From the IMG/VR virus record IMGVR_UViG_3300025085_000011: DNA of 64,000 nucleotides; one strand, given 5' to 3'. The stretch is from an uncultured virus (IMG/VR IMGVR_UViG_3300025085_000011). Its lineage: Duplodnaviria > Heunggongvirae > Uroviricota > Caudoviricetes. The stretch's first letter is position 1. Each line of letters begins with the position of its first letter. A program made the translations under genes and the position numbers. This document shows, piece after piece, positions 38,748 through 48,199 of this stretch. The notes under the pieces are model-generated. The model was not told the origin of the DNA and did not search any database. It was given only the letters and a program-made list of their open reading frames with translations.

Positions 38748-38792
38748 GACAGGGGCTCCTGGGTGCGAATAATTAAGTCTATTCCAGAGAAG

Positions 38793-39650
38793 TTAGATTA
38801 CTGATTTAGGGGTTTTATATTGTCGTGCTGCTAACAGAGCCATTATTTCTCCAGGGTTCTTTGAGGCGAGTGCGTTCATTCGCGGTTCTTCAGATTTTTG
38901 AGTTTCCATACGAGCCATAACTTTGGCCGCAAGTTGATCTAGTCTTTTATTGCGGTCTTCAAACTCTTTGGGGTCTGGTCCGGTGTACTTGTATTCTGGT
39001 GCTAAGAGAGGTTCTGATGGTCTTTCTGCGTTTGGTACGCCCCTTGGTATTGCGTTTTGGTCTTCTGGCCGTGTTGGTTGTGTTTGAGCTATATCTGGTG
39101 CAGTTGTGTCTGGGTTGAATTCTTGGACCGCAATGGGCACAGACCTGGAAGTTTCGGGGAATCTCCTGTCACCGTGGCCGATACCAACAAGCTTCCGGCC
39201 TTTTGGTCCAAAGACTTCTGTGAAGTACCCGTAGTCGTCAGCTACTGCACTGCTTGTTGTTGAGCCTGGCATTGTAGCAATGTAGATGGGAGCACCTTCG
39301 GCGGAAGACCCGTAGCGAGTTTCACCGGTTTTTGGGGCGTAGTAGTCCAGTGAGTCGTAACCAATGCGAGGATCGTGGGCAGCCACGGCTCGTGTATATA
39401 GGTCTACTTTTTCTTCATTTGTTGCGTTTGGGTTCCAGCGTTGATCTGCAACTCCCTGGTTAGAAAATTCAATAACTCTGTCTTCTTGGGCATAGCGTTG
39501 AGCAATGCTGTCTAGTAGTTTTATGCGCTCTTGGATAGGTATTTCTTGAAGGAGCTTGAGGTCGATGTGGTATGGAGATGAGCCGCCGATGTACTGAGAG
39601 TCTCCTGTGATGCCAGCGCGTTGCGTTGGGTATAAATTATTATTTGCCAC
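38793..39650 (-). CDS. Hypothetical protein, possible M23-like peptidase fold
   Basis: LDYYAP...GAPIY...DYGYFTEV...GIGHG with an N-terminal PYHID. Confidence 0.45.
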   Translation of the reverse strand: MANNNLYPTQRAGITGDSQYIGGSSPYHIDLKLLQEIPIQERIKLLDSIAQRYAQEDRVIEFSNQGVADQRWNPNATNEEKVDLYTRAVAAHDPRIGYDSLDYYAPKTGETRYGSSAEGAPIYIATMPGSTTSSAVADDYGYFTEVFGPKGRKLVGIGHGDRRFPETSRSVPIAVQEFNPDTTAPDIAQTQPTRPEDQNAIPRGVPNAERPSEPLLAPEYKYTGPDPKEFEDRNKRLDQLAAKVMARMETQKSEEPRMNALASKNPGEIMALLAARQYKTPKSVI

Positions 39651-39732
39651 GACTTCTAGGAGTTAGCGGAGTTATTTTAGTTTAGTTGAATTTTGGGCTT
39701 TTCTATTTGTGTCTTGTCTCTTATAGTTAAAA

Positions 39733-39797
39733 GACGTTGGTCCCCAGAAAGGGACGCAGTTCGATCTCAAACAAGCAACGGGGTTTGAGGCACTGCA
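39733..39797 (+). ncRNA. Downstream-peptide / glutamine-II riboswitch-like RNA
   Basis: CGTTG...CAACG pseudoknot, GTCCC/GGGAC, GCAGT/ACTGC and CTCAAAC/GTTTGAG stems. TATAGT -10 at 39722. Directly precedes a DUF4278-type ORF. Confidence 0.75.
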
Positions 39798-39806
39798 AAG
39801 GAACCT

Positions 39807-39947
39807 ATGAACGTCCTTGCTTTGATCCGCAAGCAGATCGCCAAGCGTGATGCTTTATCCCAGAGTCAGTTCTTGATGACTAAGATTTATCGCGGTATTG
39901 ACTACACCTCTGCCCATCAAGCACCAACGAAGCTCACTTCTACCTGA
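39807..39947 (+). CDS. DUF4278-type peptide (46 aa, not in ORF track)
   Basis: MNVLALIRKQIAKRDALSQSQFLMTKIYRGIDYTSAHQAPTKLTST with YRG-x-x-Y motif and AAGGA RBS. Confidence 0.75.
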   Translation: MNVLALIRKQIAKRDALSQSQFLMTKIYRGIDYTSAHQAPTKLTST

Positions 39948-39976
39948 AGTTAACGTTGCTTCGATCTCTGGTCTGC

Positions 39977-40000
39977 GCCCTGCTTTCAGCGGGGTTTTTT
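39977..40000 (+). terminator. Intrinsic terminator
   Basis: gccctgc-tttca-gcggggt followed by a T-tract. Confidence 0.65.
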
Positions 40001-40227
40001 ATTGTCGGTGAGTTTGATGTAGTGATGCGGTGATGCAATACTCAATGAAAAAAAAAGAAATGGGGCTAGCCCTAGAACAATTGTGTGGCAAGAACGTTAG
40101 TAGAAACGACGCAATGCGTAAACTGCTATTTGAAGAGGTGTGGGGCCGGGGCGCGAAATTAACCCCACAGCCGTCAATCCTTGTTTATTTTCAAGTCACT
40201 GACGGCGTAGAGCTTTGGCATTGAAAA

Positions 40228-40941
40228 CTAGGAGACTTTGCAGACCAGCTGCCAGCCAGTAAAAATTCCGTGGTCCATTGAAGCGAAAGCGTTTAACGAC
40301 ATGTCAACCCCACGTCGAACGTCGGGATGGCCATAGTCGTCGAAGATTACGATTCCGCCAGACTTGACCATGGGGACGTACAAGGTCGTATCTCGCGCAA
40401 CGGAGGCTGAATCATGCGCCCCATCGATGTAAAGAACATCAATCCAGGGCTCTCCGTTGTTTCTTTTATTTAGTTCAGGAAAAACGTCCCAGCTAAGGTT
40501 TTTGAGTACCTCGATCTTAGCCGCGTTATTTGACTTTGCGATATTTCCACGTGCGGTTAGTTCGATATCCGCAAGTTCGGGGTAATTTTCGGGTGTTTCG
40601 TGATGCTCACTGCTTCCTGTGAAAGGATCTATAGAGGTAAGACGTGAGTCAGGGTGATCCATGTAGAAATCTGACCAAAAACAACTGCTTGCCCCTTCGT
40701 ACACACCAATTTCAACAATTTTTCGTGCTTCTGATGGGACTAGACGGACTGGTTCGCACTCATCCTTGGTATTCATCACCATATCTGTGTTCAGGAGCGC
40801 GTCGTACCACCCTTGATTGAAGGTATAGCGATCGTCGAGCTTCTTTTTACCTTCAATTTGAACCGTGGGCGCTACTTGAGCTACATCAGAGTTCATCTGA
40901 CTCATTAGCTCTTTGAAACTTGGTTGTTTTGCTGCTGTCAT
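40228..40941 (-). CDS. Class I SAM-dependent methyltransferase (Methyltransf_24-like)
   Basis: VEIGVYEGAS, IDPFTG, YIDGAH, GGIVIFDDY. Confidence 0.85.
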   Translation of the reverse strand: MTAAKQPSFKELMSQMNSDVAQVAPTVQIEGKKKLDDRYTFNQGWYDALLNTDMVMNTKDECEPVRLVPSEARKIVEIGVYEGASSCFWSDFYMDHPDSRLTSIDPFTGSSEHHETPENYPELADIELTARGNIAKSNNAAKIEVLKNLSWDVFPELNKRNNGEPWIDVLYIDGAHDSASVARDTTLYVPMVKSGGIVIFDDYGHPDVRRGVDMSLNAFASMDHGIFTGWQLVCKVS

Positions 40942-40979
40942 TAGGGTTTTTGCTCTCCCAGTATGCTAACACTGATGTG

Positions 40980-41008
40980 TTGACACGCCCAACTCCATAG
41001 TGTATGCT
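40980..41008 (+). promoter_or_regulatory. Sigma70-type promoter
   Basis: TTGACA-17 nt-TATGCT. Confidence 0.7.
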
Positions 41009-41022
41009 TACTAAGTCACTAC

Positions 41023-41313
41023 GTGATCTACATGAACAACAACAAAAGCACCGGCGTTAACCTTAATTCAAAGGACGCTGTTTACTTTGCTTTGATTCAG
41101 CAAATACCTCAGTTGCTCGGGATTGTGCTCGTAGCTTTGGTAGGTTTGCCTATTTTATTTTGGATGTTTGGGAATCTTAATCGTAGTGTTGCGTTGCAAA
41201 ATGAACGGAGTGCTGCTGCCGGTGAGTGCAAGCTGATTAGTCTTAGAAAGTACGGTAATTATGACGCGACGTACTGTTACGAGTGGGCGAAACAAAAAGT
41301 ACCTCGGCGCTGA
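41023..41313 (+). CDS. Small membrane protein
   Basis: One TM helix and a Cys pair, behind the sigma70 promoter. Confidence 0.6.
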   Translation: MIYMNNNKSTGVNLNSKDAVYFALIQQIPQLLGIVLVALVGLPILFWMFGNLNRSVALQNERSAAAGECKLISLRKYGNYDATYCYEWAKQKVPRR

Positions 41314-41372
41314 CAGAGGCGTTACAGTGCGTCCGCTGACACTAAAGCTGTCGAACACTTATCTAACCGCTG

Positions 41373-41546
41373 ATGATGAAAGACTCAAAAGAAATTAAAG
41401 AACTCACCCCTGAAGAGCAAGAACTGTTAGACCAAGCTATCGGCAACTTGCAAAGTTTTGTCGAGAGTGAGACCACGCACTATGTTTTTGTTGAAGACAT
41501 AGATGATCTAGATACACTTCCTGAACCAGAACAAACACCTGATTGA
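41373..41546 (+). CDS. Small acidic protein (57 aa, not in ORF track)
   Basis: MMKDSKEIKELTPEEQELLDQAIGNL... Confidence 0.5.
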   Translation: MMKDSKEIKELTPEEQELLDQAIGNLQSFVESETTHYVFVEDIDDLDTLPEPEQTPD

Positions 41547-41552
41547 TTTTTT

Positions 41553-41963
41553 ATGGCAGCTCAGCTTTCACCGCACACAACAACACAGATAAGCGGGTTA
41601 TCAAAAACAGCTGTTAAAAGTAAGTGCAAGTTTTGTGGCGAGAAAACCGCACTTATCTTGGAGATAAACAAGATAAACGATGTAGGTCAAAGCCGAAAAC
41701 GTCGCTATCAGTGCTCTTCGTGTAACTCTAGATGGACTACCTATGAAGTTGATCAAGAGAGCTACAACGAACTAGCTGAGATGAGGAAGAAGTTCAGAAA
41801 GATGCAGACTTTGATGAACTCTATCGTAAGCACTAAGGAAGAACAGCAAGTAAACGTATGCAGTACATGCACTTACATGTGCGATGACACGTGTTCTTTT
41901 GAGGTTCCAGAAGCGAATACAACTTATTCTTTCGACTGCAATTTGTACAAAAGAGTTGTGTGA
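41553..41963 (+). CDS. NrdR-N-like zinc-ribbon protein
   Basis: CKFCG...RKRRYQCSSCNSRWTTYE plus a second Cys cluster. Confidence 0.65.
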   Translation: MAAQLSPHTTTQISGLSKTAVKSKCKFCGEKTALILEINKINDVGQSRKRRYQCSSCNSRWTTYEVDQESYNELAEMRKKFRKMQTLMNSIVSTKEEQQVNVCSTCTYMCDDTCSFEVPEANTTYSFDCNLYKRVV

Positions 41964-41992
41964 GTTAGTATGTTGACATACAGATTAACCGT

Positions 41993-42766
41993 ATGTCTCG
42001 TTCTATTCCAGTCTTAGGTACAGCGATAGTCAACAACCCTTACTGGTTACACAGGATGTTTATGAGCATAGACTATCCTGTAGATAACTTTGTTGTTTTT
42101 AACAATAACGGTCGAGGGCAGATAACTAAAGATGTTGACGGCATTAAAAACCTGTGCAACCCCAACGTAAAAAAAATTCATGTAACTCATATGCCTGCAA
42201 ATGTAGGATGCTCGGGAGCTTGGAACTTAATAATTAAGTGCTTTATGAAAGCACCTTACTGGGTTATATCAAACCATGATGTTATGTATGAGCCTGGTTT
42301 TTTAGAAGAAATGAATACGTGTGCTCAAGACTCAGAGGTAGGGACTGTTCACGGTTCTGGGGGAGGTTGGGATATATTTCTTGTTAAAGACTGGTTGATT
42401 CAGAAGTATGGTCTTTTTGATGAAGCTCTATACCCTGCTTACTGTGAAGACCTTGATTTTGGTGTCCGCTTCATTCATGACGATATAAAGCGTGTTCTTG
42501 ATCTAAAACATGACTATTACCACGGGTCTAAAAAGAATGACTACAGTGATGGATCACAGACTTGGCGTTCAGAGCCAGCCATCGCAAATCACATTCACTT
42601 AGCTCACGAGATAAATAAGCGTTACTTGCACAAGAAATGGGGTGAAGGTTGGCAGGCACATGTGGATGAACCTACATACAAGTCACCTTTTAATATAGAA
42701 GAACTTCCAGTTAGCTTTACCACGTGGGATTTAGAGATGAATCGTAGGAAACATCTAGGTTTCTAG
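41993..42766 (+). CDS. Glycosyltransferase, GT-A/GT2-like
   Basis: NVGCSGAWNL, SNHDV, GLFDE..YPAYCEDLDF. Confidence 0.8.
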   Translation: MSRSIPVLGTAIVNNPYWLHRMFMSIDYPVDNFVVFNNNGRGQITKDVDGIKNLCNPNVKKIHVTHMPANVGCSGAWNLIIKCFMKAPYWVISNHDVMYEPGFLEEMNTCAQDSEVGTVHGSGGGWDIFLVKDWLIQKYGLFDEALYPAYCEDLDFGVRFIHDDIKRVLDLKHDYYHGSKKNDYSDGSQTWRSEPAIANHIHLAHEINKRYLHKKWGEGWQAHVDEPTYKSPFNIEELPVSFTTWDLEMNRRKHLGF

Positions 42767-42811
42767 GTTTAAGAAGTGCTGCTATGCTGAGACTAAGAAG
42801 CACTACTAGTT

Positions 42812-43486
42812 TTGGTCTCAGTAAGGCAGCACTTTGATACCACAGTATTTTCTCAGGACGATGATCCTGCTGTTCAAGTCTTTGACGACTACCCTTTAAT
42901 TTGTGATGCGCTGTTGTATGCGTCTAGACATAAGCTAGATATAGATAATCCTTTTGCTAATGCTTTTCCTGGAGATCACTACCGGATCCTAAGTGGCCTT
43001 CTTCACTACATTAAACCTAAGCGAATTATTGACATAGGTACTCACTATGGCACTGGAACTCGTGTCATGCTTGATTATGCACCTAAAGCAGAGGTACACA
43101 CATTTGACCTACTAGGTTGGGATCAGTTTGACTCCACGTATCTTAAAGAATCGGACTTTACTGATAACGGAGGGAGATTAACTCAGTACATTGCAGACTT
43201 AAGTGTAGATAAAGTCTTTAATGACTTTTCAAGTTTACTGAGTACAGCTGACTTCATCATGGTCGACGGACCTAAGGATAGTAAGTTTGAAACTAAGTTT
43301 TACACCTTGCTTTCATCTTTACCTATGGAGCACCAAACACGATGGATTTTTCTAGATGATATTAAATTTCAAAGTGAACTTCTAAACTGGAGACGAATCT
43401 TGAACCCTAAAATTGACCTATCCTCTTTTGGTCATTTCTCTGGTACAGGACTAGTTGACGCTTCCACGGGTTTTGATTTCGAGTGA
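42812..43486 (+). CDS. Class I SAM-dependent methyltransferase
   Basis: IIDIGTHYGTG, TFDL, MVDGPKD, FLDDI. Confidence 0.8.
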   Translation: MVSVRQHFDTTVFSQDDDPAVQVFDDYPLICDALLYASRHKLDIDNPFANAFPGDHYRILSGLLHYIKPKRIIDIGTHYGTGTRVMLDYAPKAEVHTFDLLGWDQFDSTYLKESDFTDNGGRLTQYIADLSVDKVFNDFSSLLSTADFIMVDGPKDSKFETKFYTLLSSLPMEHQTRWIFLDDIKFQSELLNWRRILNPKIDLSSFGHFSGTGLVDASTGFDFE

Positions 43487-43758
43487 TGCCTTTCTATTCT
43501 TCTTATACGGCTAGCGGCTACTTAGTTAACAAACTAAGTTCGATCCTAGATTCTCGTGAACTATCTTCTTTTGGTTTGAGTAAGGTGGCTAACTTGTCTC
43601 CTACAACCACAAGAAAGATCTATGTAGATTCTGGGTATATTCCTTCCCCGGATGTTTTAGAAAAACTTTGTATCGCACTTAATTGTATTCCAGGCGATTT
43701 ACTAGATATGCAGGGTAGTATGGATACAACTGTTGCTGCATGTTCCGGTGTTTTCTAA
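43483..43758 (+). CDS. Cro/C1-type HTH regulator
   Basis: LSKVANLSPTT...LEKLCIALNCIPGDLL. Confidence 0.75.
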   Translation: MMPFYSSYTASGYLVNKLSSILDSRELSSFGLSKVANLSPTTTRKIYVDSGYIPSPDVLEKLCIALNCIPGDLLDMQGSMDTTVAACSGVF

Positions 43759-44248
43759 GGCAGACTTTGAATTAGTAGCGCGTGTTCTAGGGTTGCCGGT
43801 CCCCGAGACGCCTGCGGAACAAGCAGCTGCTACACCTGTGGTAGCTGAAGTTCTTCGCAAGATTGGACGAGGAGAAGGACCACCTCCAGGGATGGACGAT
43901 CAAGGAAGAATGTACACAGGAGCTACCCGTTCCTTAAATGGTTACCCAGATAATAATGATCCGATGGCGGATGCCAGGTTGGCTTCTCGTATGAGGACTG
44001 AACCTATTGATTTTAATGACGACGAGTTTATCTTAGGTCTCATGGAGACACTAGATCCTCAGCAGTGTCCAATGATTCTTGCGATTCTTCGTCAGCTTAT
44101 GGAGCAAGCTCAAGAGCACACTAATGCTTTGTCTTCTCAGCGTCCGATGGAGTATGACACCCCTAACCTCGGCGGTAATTACAGCGCTCTTAATGCGCCA
44201 GCTTCTAATGGAATCGAACCTTCACGTGCTTTCCAGCCTTTAAGCTAA
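43733..44248 (+). CDS. Hypothetical protein
   Basis: 171 aa ORF, true start possibly GTG at 43748. Confidence 0.6.
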   Translation: MLHVPVFSKADFELVARVLGLPVPETPAEQAAATPVVAEVLRKIGRGEGPPPGMDDQGRMYTGATRSLNGYPDNNDPMADARLASRMRTEPIDFNDDEFILGLMETLDPQQCPMILAILRQLMEQAQEHTNALSSQRPMEYDTPNLGGNYSALNAPASNGIEPSRAFQPLS

Positions 44249-44487
44249 TGTCAGAAAACGCTCGGTCAAAACAACTTCGAGAAAGAGACGTAAGAAAACT
44301 TTCTCCTGAGTTAGATGCTGGTACTTTTATGCAGCTCTACATGGAAAGTAACTTTCCTCAGACTTCTTCTATGCCTTCAAAAGGTCAACTTGAATTTGGT
44401 ATAGACGGTAATCAAGCTAAAAATGACTTAAAGTTAATGAAGAAACCACTTAGTGGTACGCAATACGATAACCCCGGAGGGTTCTGA
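44248..44487 (+). CDS. Hypothetical protein
   Basis: Coupled stop/start with neighbours. Confidence 0.6.
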   Translation: MSENARSKQLRERDVRKLSPELDAGTFMQLYMESNFPQTSSMPSKGQLEFGIDGNQAKNDLKLMKKPLSGTQYDNPGGF

Positions 44488-44975
44488 TGGCTTTGAATAT
44501 TGCTCCAAAATTGGTGCAAGGCGGTATGCTAATGAATGCTGTTATCGCTGAGATAATTGCCAATAGTATTGGAGGAGCAGTCAGCCAAGGTTTTTCAGGA
44601 GCGGTATCTCCTACACAGTCTTCTGGTGGCGGTGCTGGTAGTAAATTCATGATTACTTTGCCCGAAGCAAAGCAACTGGAGTTGGAATTCGCTAACGAAA
44701 ATTATAGGCGTGGTATCTTAGGTTTGAAATTGCTAGACGCTGGAAGTTTTCTTAGTAGAAGAGAAGAAGCTCTTCGTGAATCCGCAAGACAAGCTGGTGG
44801 TCGAGAGCGAATGATCAAACAGATCGAAGCAGCTGCTCGCGGTCAGGAAGGGCTCGCTACTTTGGCAGGAACTCAAGCAACGGCTGCTAGTAATTTAGGT
44901 AGCAATATTGCCAATACCTATTTATCTCAGGCTAATATAGATCCAGCGTTAGCTGAAGCTGCGAGGGCATTCTAA
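44487..44975 (+). CDS. Putative internal virion / ejection protein
   Basis: Ala/Gly-rich helical, hydrophobic N-terminus. Confidence 0.45.
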   Translation: MALNIAPKLVQGGMLMNAVIAEIIANSIGGAVSQGFSGAVSPTQSSGGGAGSKFMITLPEAKQLELEFANENYRRGILGLKLLDAGSFLSRREEALRESARQAGGRERMIKQIEAAARGQEGLATLAGTQATAASNLGSNIANTYLSQANIDPALAEAARAF

Positions 44976-45766
44976 TGGGCTTTATTGTAGATCCTGCTAT
45001 TGGAATTGGTAAAGATGTAGTATTGCCCGGTTTAAGTTACGGAGCAAACTACGTAACAAGAACTGCTGCACCTGTTGTAGGTGGAGTAGTTGATGTTGTT
45101 ACTAACCCAAACACCTTAAAAACTGCAGGAAACTTTTTACAAGAAACACTAGGTGCTATGAGTAGAGGTGGGAAAGAACTTGTAAAACAAGCAACACCTA
45201 GAGTCTTAAGTGGCGGTGCAGCACTTGGTACGTTTATAGGCGGTCGTGAGTATTTAAAAAGTACACGACCAGAACCACAACAACCTCCTAAAGAAGGAGA
45301 AGCTGGTTATGTTGATCCCTCTAGACTTACTCCTGCACAAATAAGAGAATCTGAAGATCGAAGGCTTGAAATTGAACTTCTCAGAAATCAGTTAAATCAA
45401 CTGCAGGAGATTAGTCGACAGCAATTAGAAAATCAAACCGATTTAAATAGGGCAACTTATGACCCTGGGCTTATTGCTCAAAGGCAAGACATCTTCACTC
45501 AAGCAAAAATTGCTGAGGCCGAAGCTCTACAGCGTGGAGCAATGGAAAAGATGGAGGAGAAAACCCGACGAGATGTTGAGCTAGGCACTATTTCTGCTTG
45601 GCAAGGAATTACTCAAGCTGAGATTAATAAAGATACTGCTCTCGGTCTTGGCATGATGAGTATTGCTTACTCGACTGGTATTCCTCAACCAGCTCTTATG
45701 CAAAGTGCAGCTAACATTGTCCAACAAGGACGTGCTGGCTACGGCACACCAACCTCGGTACTTTAA
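44975..45766 (+). CDS. Putative internal virion / ejection protein
   Basis: Gly-rich hydrophobic N-terminus plus coiled coil. Confidence 0.45.
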   Translation: MGFIVDPAIGIGKDVVLPGLSYGANYVTRTAAPVVGGVVDVVTNPNTLKTAGNFLQETLGAMSRGGKELVKQATPRVLSGGAALGTFIGGREYLKSTRPEPQQPPKEGEAGYVDPSRLTPAQIRESEDRRLEIELLRNQLNQLQEISRQQLENQTDLNRATYDPGLIAQRQDIFTQAKIAEAEALQRGAMEKMEEKTRRDVELGTISAWQGITQAEINKDTALGLGMMSIAYSTGIPQPALMQSAANIVQQGRAGYGTPTSVL

Positions 45767-45768
45767 TC

Positions 45769-46581
45769 ATGAGTTTATTTGGCGGACTCGGTACTGCTCT
45801 TGGCGCAGCAGTGGGTTCAGTTGTTCCTGGGGTCGGCACAGCTCTCGGCGCAACTATTGGTGGTGGCCTCGGGACAGCAGCAGGCGGCCTATTTGGTGGC
45901 GGAGGCGGAGGCGGAAGCGGGGGCAGCGGAGGCGGAGGCGGATATACACAAGCAATGTCAAATCCATATGCTCAATCCGCAGCTCAATTGGCTGCGCAAA
46001 ATAATCCTCTAACTGCTGCTTATCAAGGTTTGTCCTTGATGCAAGGTGCGTTAGCTGGTCAGATGAGTACTAAAGCAACCACCGAAGCTAATACGCAACT
46101 AAGTATTCTTAAAGAAGCATTAGAAAGAGGTCAAGCTGACACGAAGTTACAAGCTTCTGTGGCTGGTTACGGTGCTGGTAAAGGACTTGAGTCGCTTTAC
46201 AACCTCAATCAAGGACGATTGTCGACTGAGTTGCTGTCTCCTCAGTTCCTTTCTCAAGCAGGTTCTGCTTCTCTTCAAGGCCAGAATGCTTTAGCTAACC
46301 AGTTTGGACAGACAAATCTGGGCATCAAAGCTCTACAAGAGCAAACTTTAGCGCAAATCTCTGGTGATCAAGCTAAAACACTCAGCAACGTCTTTAACAC
46401 TCGCGCAGAAAATGAAGGCAGACTAGCTCTGGGTGCTCAAGCATATGAGAGTGCTGCTAACTTAGATAAGGTTAGGACACTTGGTGACTTGGCAAGAACT
46501 CAGGCTGCGACCAAAGGTCAGTTGGCGCTTAAGAAGTTTGGCGCTAATCAAGCTATGGCCGGTGCTCGGATGTTTGCATGA
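45769..46581 (+). CDS. Putative DNA pilot / ejection protein with glycine zipper
   Basis: GGLGTALGAAVG...GATIGGGLG, poly-Gly linker, Gln/Ala-rich helices. Confidence 0.55.
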   Translation: MSLFGGLGTALGAAVGSVVPGVGTALGATIGGGLGTAAGGLFGGGGGGGSGGSGGGGGYTQAMSNPYAQSAAQLAAQNNPLTAAYQGLSLMQGALAGQMSTKATTEANTQLSILKEALERGQADTKLQASVAGYGAGKGLESLYNLNQGRLSTELLSPQFLSQAGSASLQGQNALANQFGQTNLGIKALQEQTLAQISGDQAKTLSNVFNTRAENEGRLALGAQAYESAANLDKVRTLGDLARTQAATKGQLALKKFGANQAMAGARMFA

Positions 46582-47108
46582 AGACTGCTGCTCTTTCTGA
46601 CGCAACATCGGTTGGTACTTGGCTTAGTAACTTAGACAAGTCTCAATCTGATGCATTTAAGCATTATGCCAAAAACGCTGTCAGTGAGATCGAAGCTTAT
46701 CTTTTTGCTCGGTTTTTAAATCCTGGATACGAAGGCTCAATTGCTGATTTAACAGCGTGGGTCCAAGAAAAATACCCTAAAGAAGATCTAAGGCAGATTC
46801 TTTTAATCGAGATTGACTCGATGAAAACTGACTTGCACAATGTTCGTCAGATGACTCTGACTGGGATGCTTGATCACGCCACAGCAGCTACAAAGATTGC
46901 TGTTCTTCAAAAAGAAATTCGTTCGCATATTCAAGCAGTTCGTCAGCTAACTGACGGAATTGATCGTCGAGGTCTCTTACTTGCTGGAGCTGATCGTTGT
47001 ATACGAGAACTGCTCAACAGTTTTGATGACGCTCCTGCGATGCATGACTTGATCGAAGAAGCGTCTATGGTTATCTGGAGTGTTATAGAACGCGAAGAAA
47101 AATCTTAA
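46578..47108 (+). CDS. Hypothetical protein (terminase small subunit candidate)
   Basis: 176 aa, helical, nearest same-strand gene upstream of TerL. Function from position only. Confidence 0.35.
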   Translation: MKTAALSDATSVGTWLSNLDKSQSDAFKHYAKNAVSEIEAYLFARFLNPGYEGSIADLTAWVQEKYPKEDLRQILLIEIDSMKTDLHNVRQMTLTGMLDHATAATKIAVLQKEIRSHIQAVRQLTDGIDRRGLLLAGADRCIRELLNSFDDAPAMHDLIEEASMVIWSVIEREEKS

Positions 47109-48199
47109 GCAACCACTGAATCCATAAGACTCAAAATATTAACAACCGAGGTTCTGAAAATACCCATGAAGTAATCGTTAACGCCAAGAGCTAGTGCTAA
47201 CTCTCCTTCGTCGTTGATATACCCTCCAAATGGAAGGATGCATGCGGGTTGATTTGAAATATCTGACCCAAGAGGATCTGTCCACGTCACAAGATCATCG
47301 TTAACTGAGCCTAAAAACATAGGTTCTTTTAGAACTCTTGTAATTTTTGTAAGATCTTTATCTAGTGTATAAGCACTTAGCCCGTACATTAAGTATGGTC
47401 TTCTATCCATCTGATTCACCATATGTTTCCAGTGATAAAACACGAGCCACTCATCTCCGCAATCTATAGGTGCGGTTGAGTTAAATGTAGGGTGATCTTC
47501 AGTGCAGACTTTAAGAGCGCTGGAATCAATAATTTTGTCATTTTCTCCAGGAGTCTTTATACAAATAGGTCTTGTTGAATATAAAAGTCTAAGTTTTTCG
47601 TTATCTGAAAAGAAACACCAATTTTTTTCTGCTTGACCCTCAACGTGATTGTTGCCAATATTCGGGTAAAACCTATCCACAAGCTCACCAAACTCATCTA
47701 CTATTCCTGTACATACTTTAGGTGTTTTAAGCATTTTATGTTGTGTAGTGTCCCACTTAGTTGCGTATGTACTAGTGATAAATTGACACATTAAATTTTC
47801 GTCAGGTGATACAAACAAGCGAGCATCTTCGTAGCTAAGTCGATGTTTTTTACTGATTAATTTTCTAGGCGTAACAATCGTGTCATCTTTCAACAGCTGA
47901 CCAACCCAGATGTCTGTGGGCGTGTTGTTGTAATAAAAATACTTCATGTCGTGACGAAACACGAAACTTTCTGGTTGAGATCTCCAGCTAATAAGATCAG
48001 CACCTTTGTGGTTAATTAAGCAAGGACTGAAATTACCGTGAGATCCTTCAGGTAAACCTGTGTTGATTTTGGTGAATGTACCCCCTAGCTCATAGGCTTG
48101 CTCAAACACACTAGGAATACCGTTTTGAGTAGGGCCGCAGTAAGCCTTCATAGTTGCTGCGTTTTGTACTGTGCGGTAACGATGAAACTGAATACTCAT
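47105..48199 (-). CDS. Five-bladed beta-propeller glycoside hydrolase/transferase-like protein
   Basis: NFSP, YEDARLF, EKNW.FF, LYS..P and GVND as in GH130-like / beta-mannosyltransferase-like propellers. Confidence 0.6.
   Translation of the reverse strand: MSIQFHRYRTVQNAATMKAYCGPTQNGIPSVFEQAYELGGTFTKINTGLPEGSHGNFSPCLINHKGADLISWRSQPESFVFRHDMKYFYYNNTPTDIWVGQLLKDDTIVTPRKLISKKHRLSYEDARLFVSPDENLMCQFITSTYATKWDTTQHKMLKTPKVCTGIVDEFGELVDRFYPNIGNNHVEGQAEKNWCFFSDNEKLRLLYSTRPICIKTPGENDKIIDSSALKVCTEDHPTFNSTAPIDCGDEWLVFYHWKHMVNQMDRRPYLMYGLSAYTLDKDLTKITRVLKEPMFLGSVNDDLVTWTDPLGSDISNQPACILPFGGYINDEGELALALGVNDYFMGIFRTSVVNILSLMDSVVA

Noticed and set aside
40030..40224. 64-aa + strand ORF
   Set aside because: Downstream of a terminator, with no RBS or recognisable motif. 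Cannot be supported.
45663..46012. Arg-rich and Ala/Glu alternative-frame ORFs
   Set aside because: By-products of the poly-Gly GGCGGA tract.
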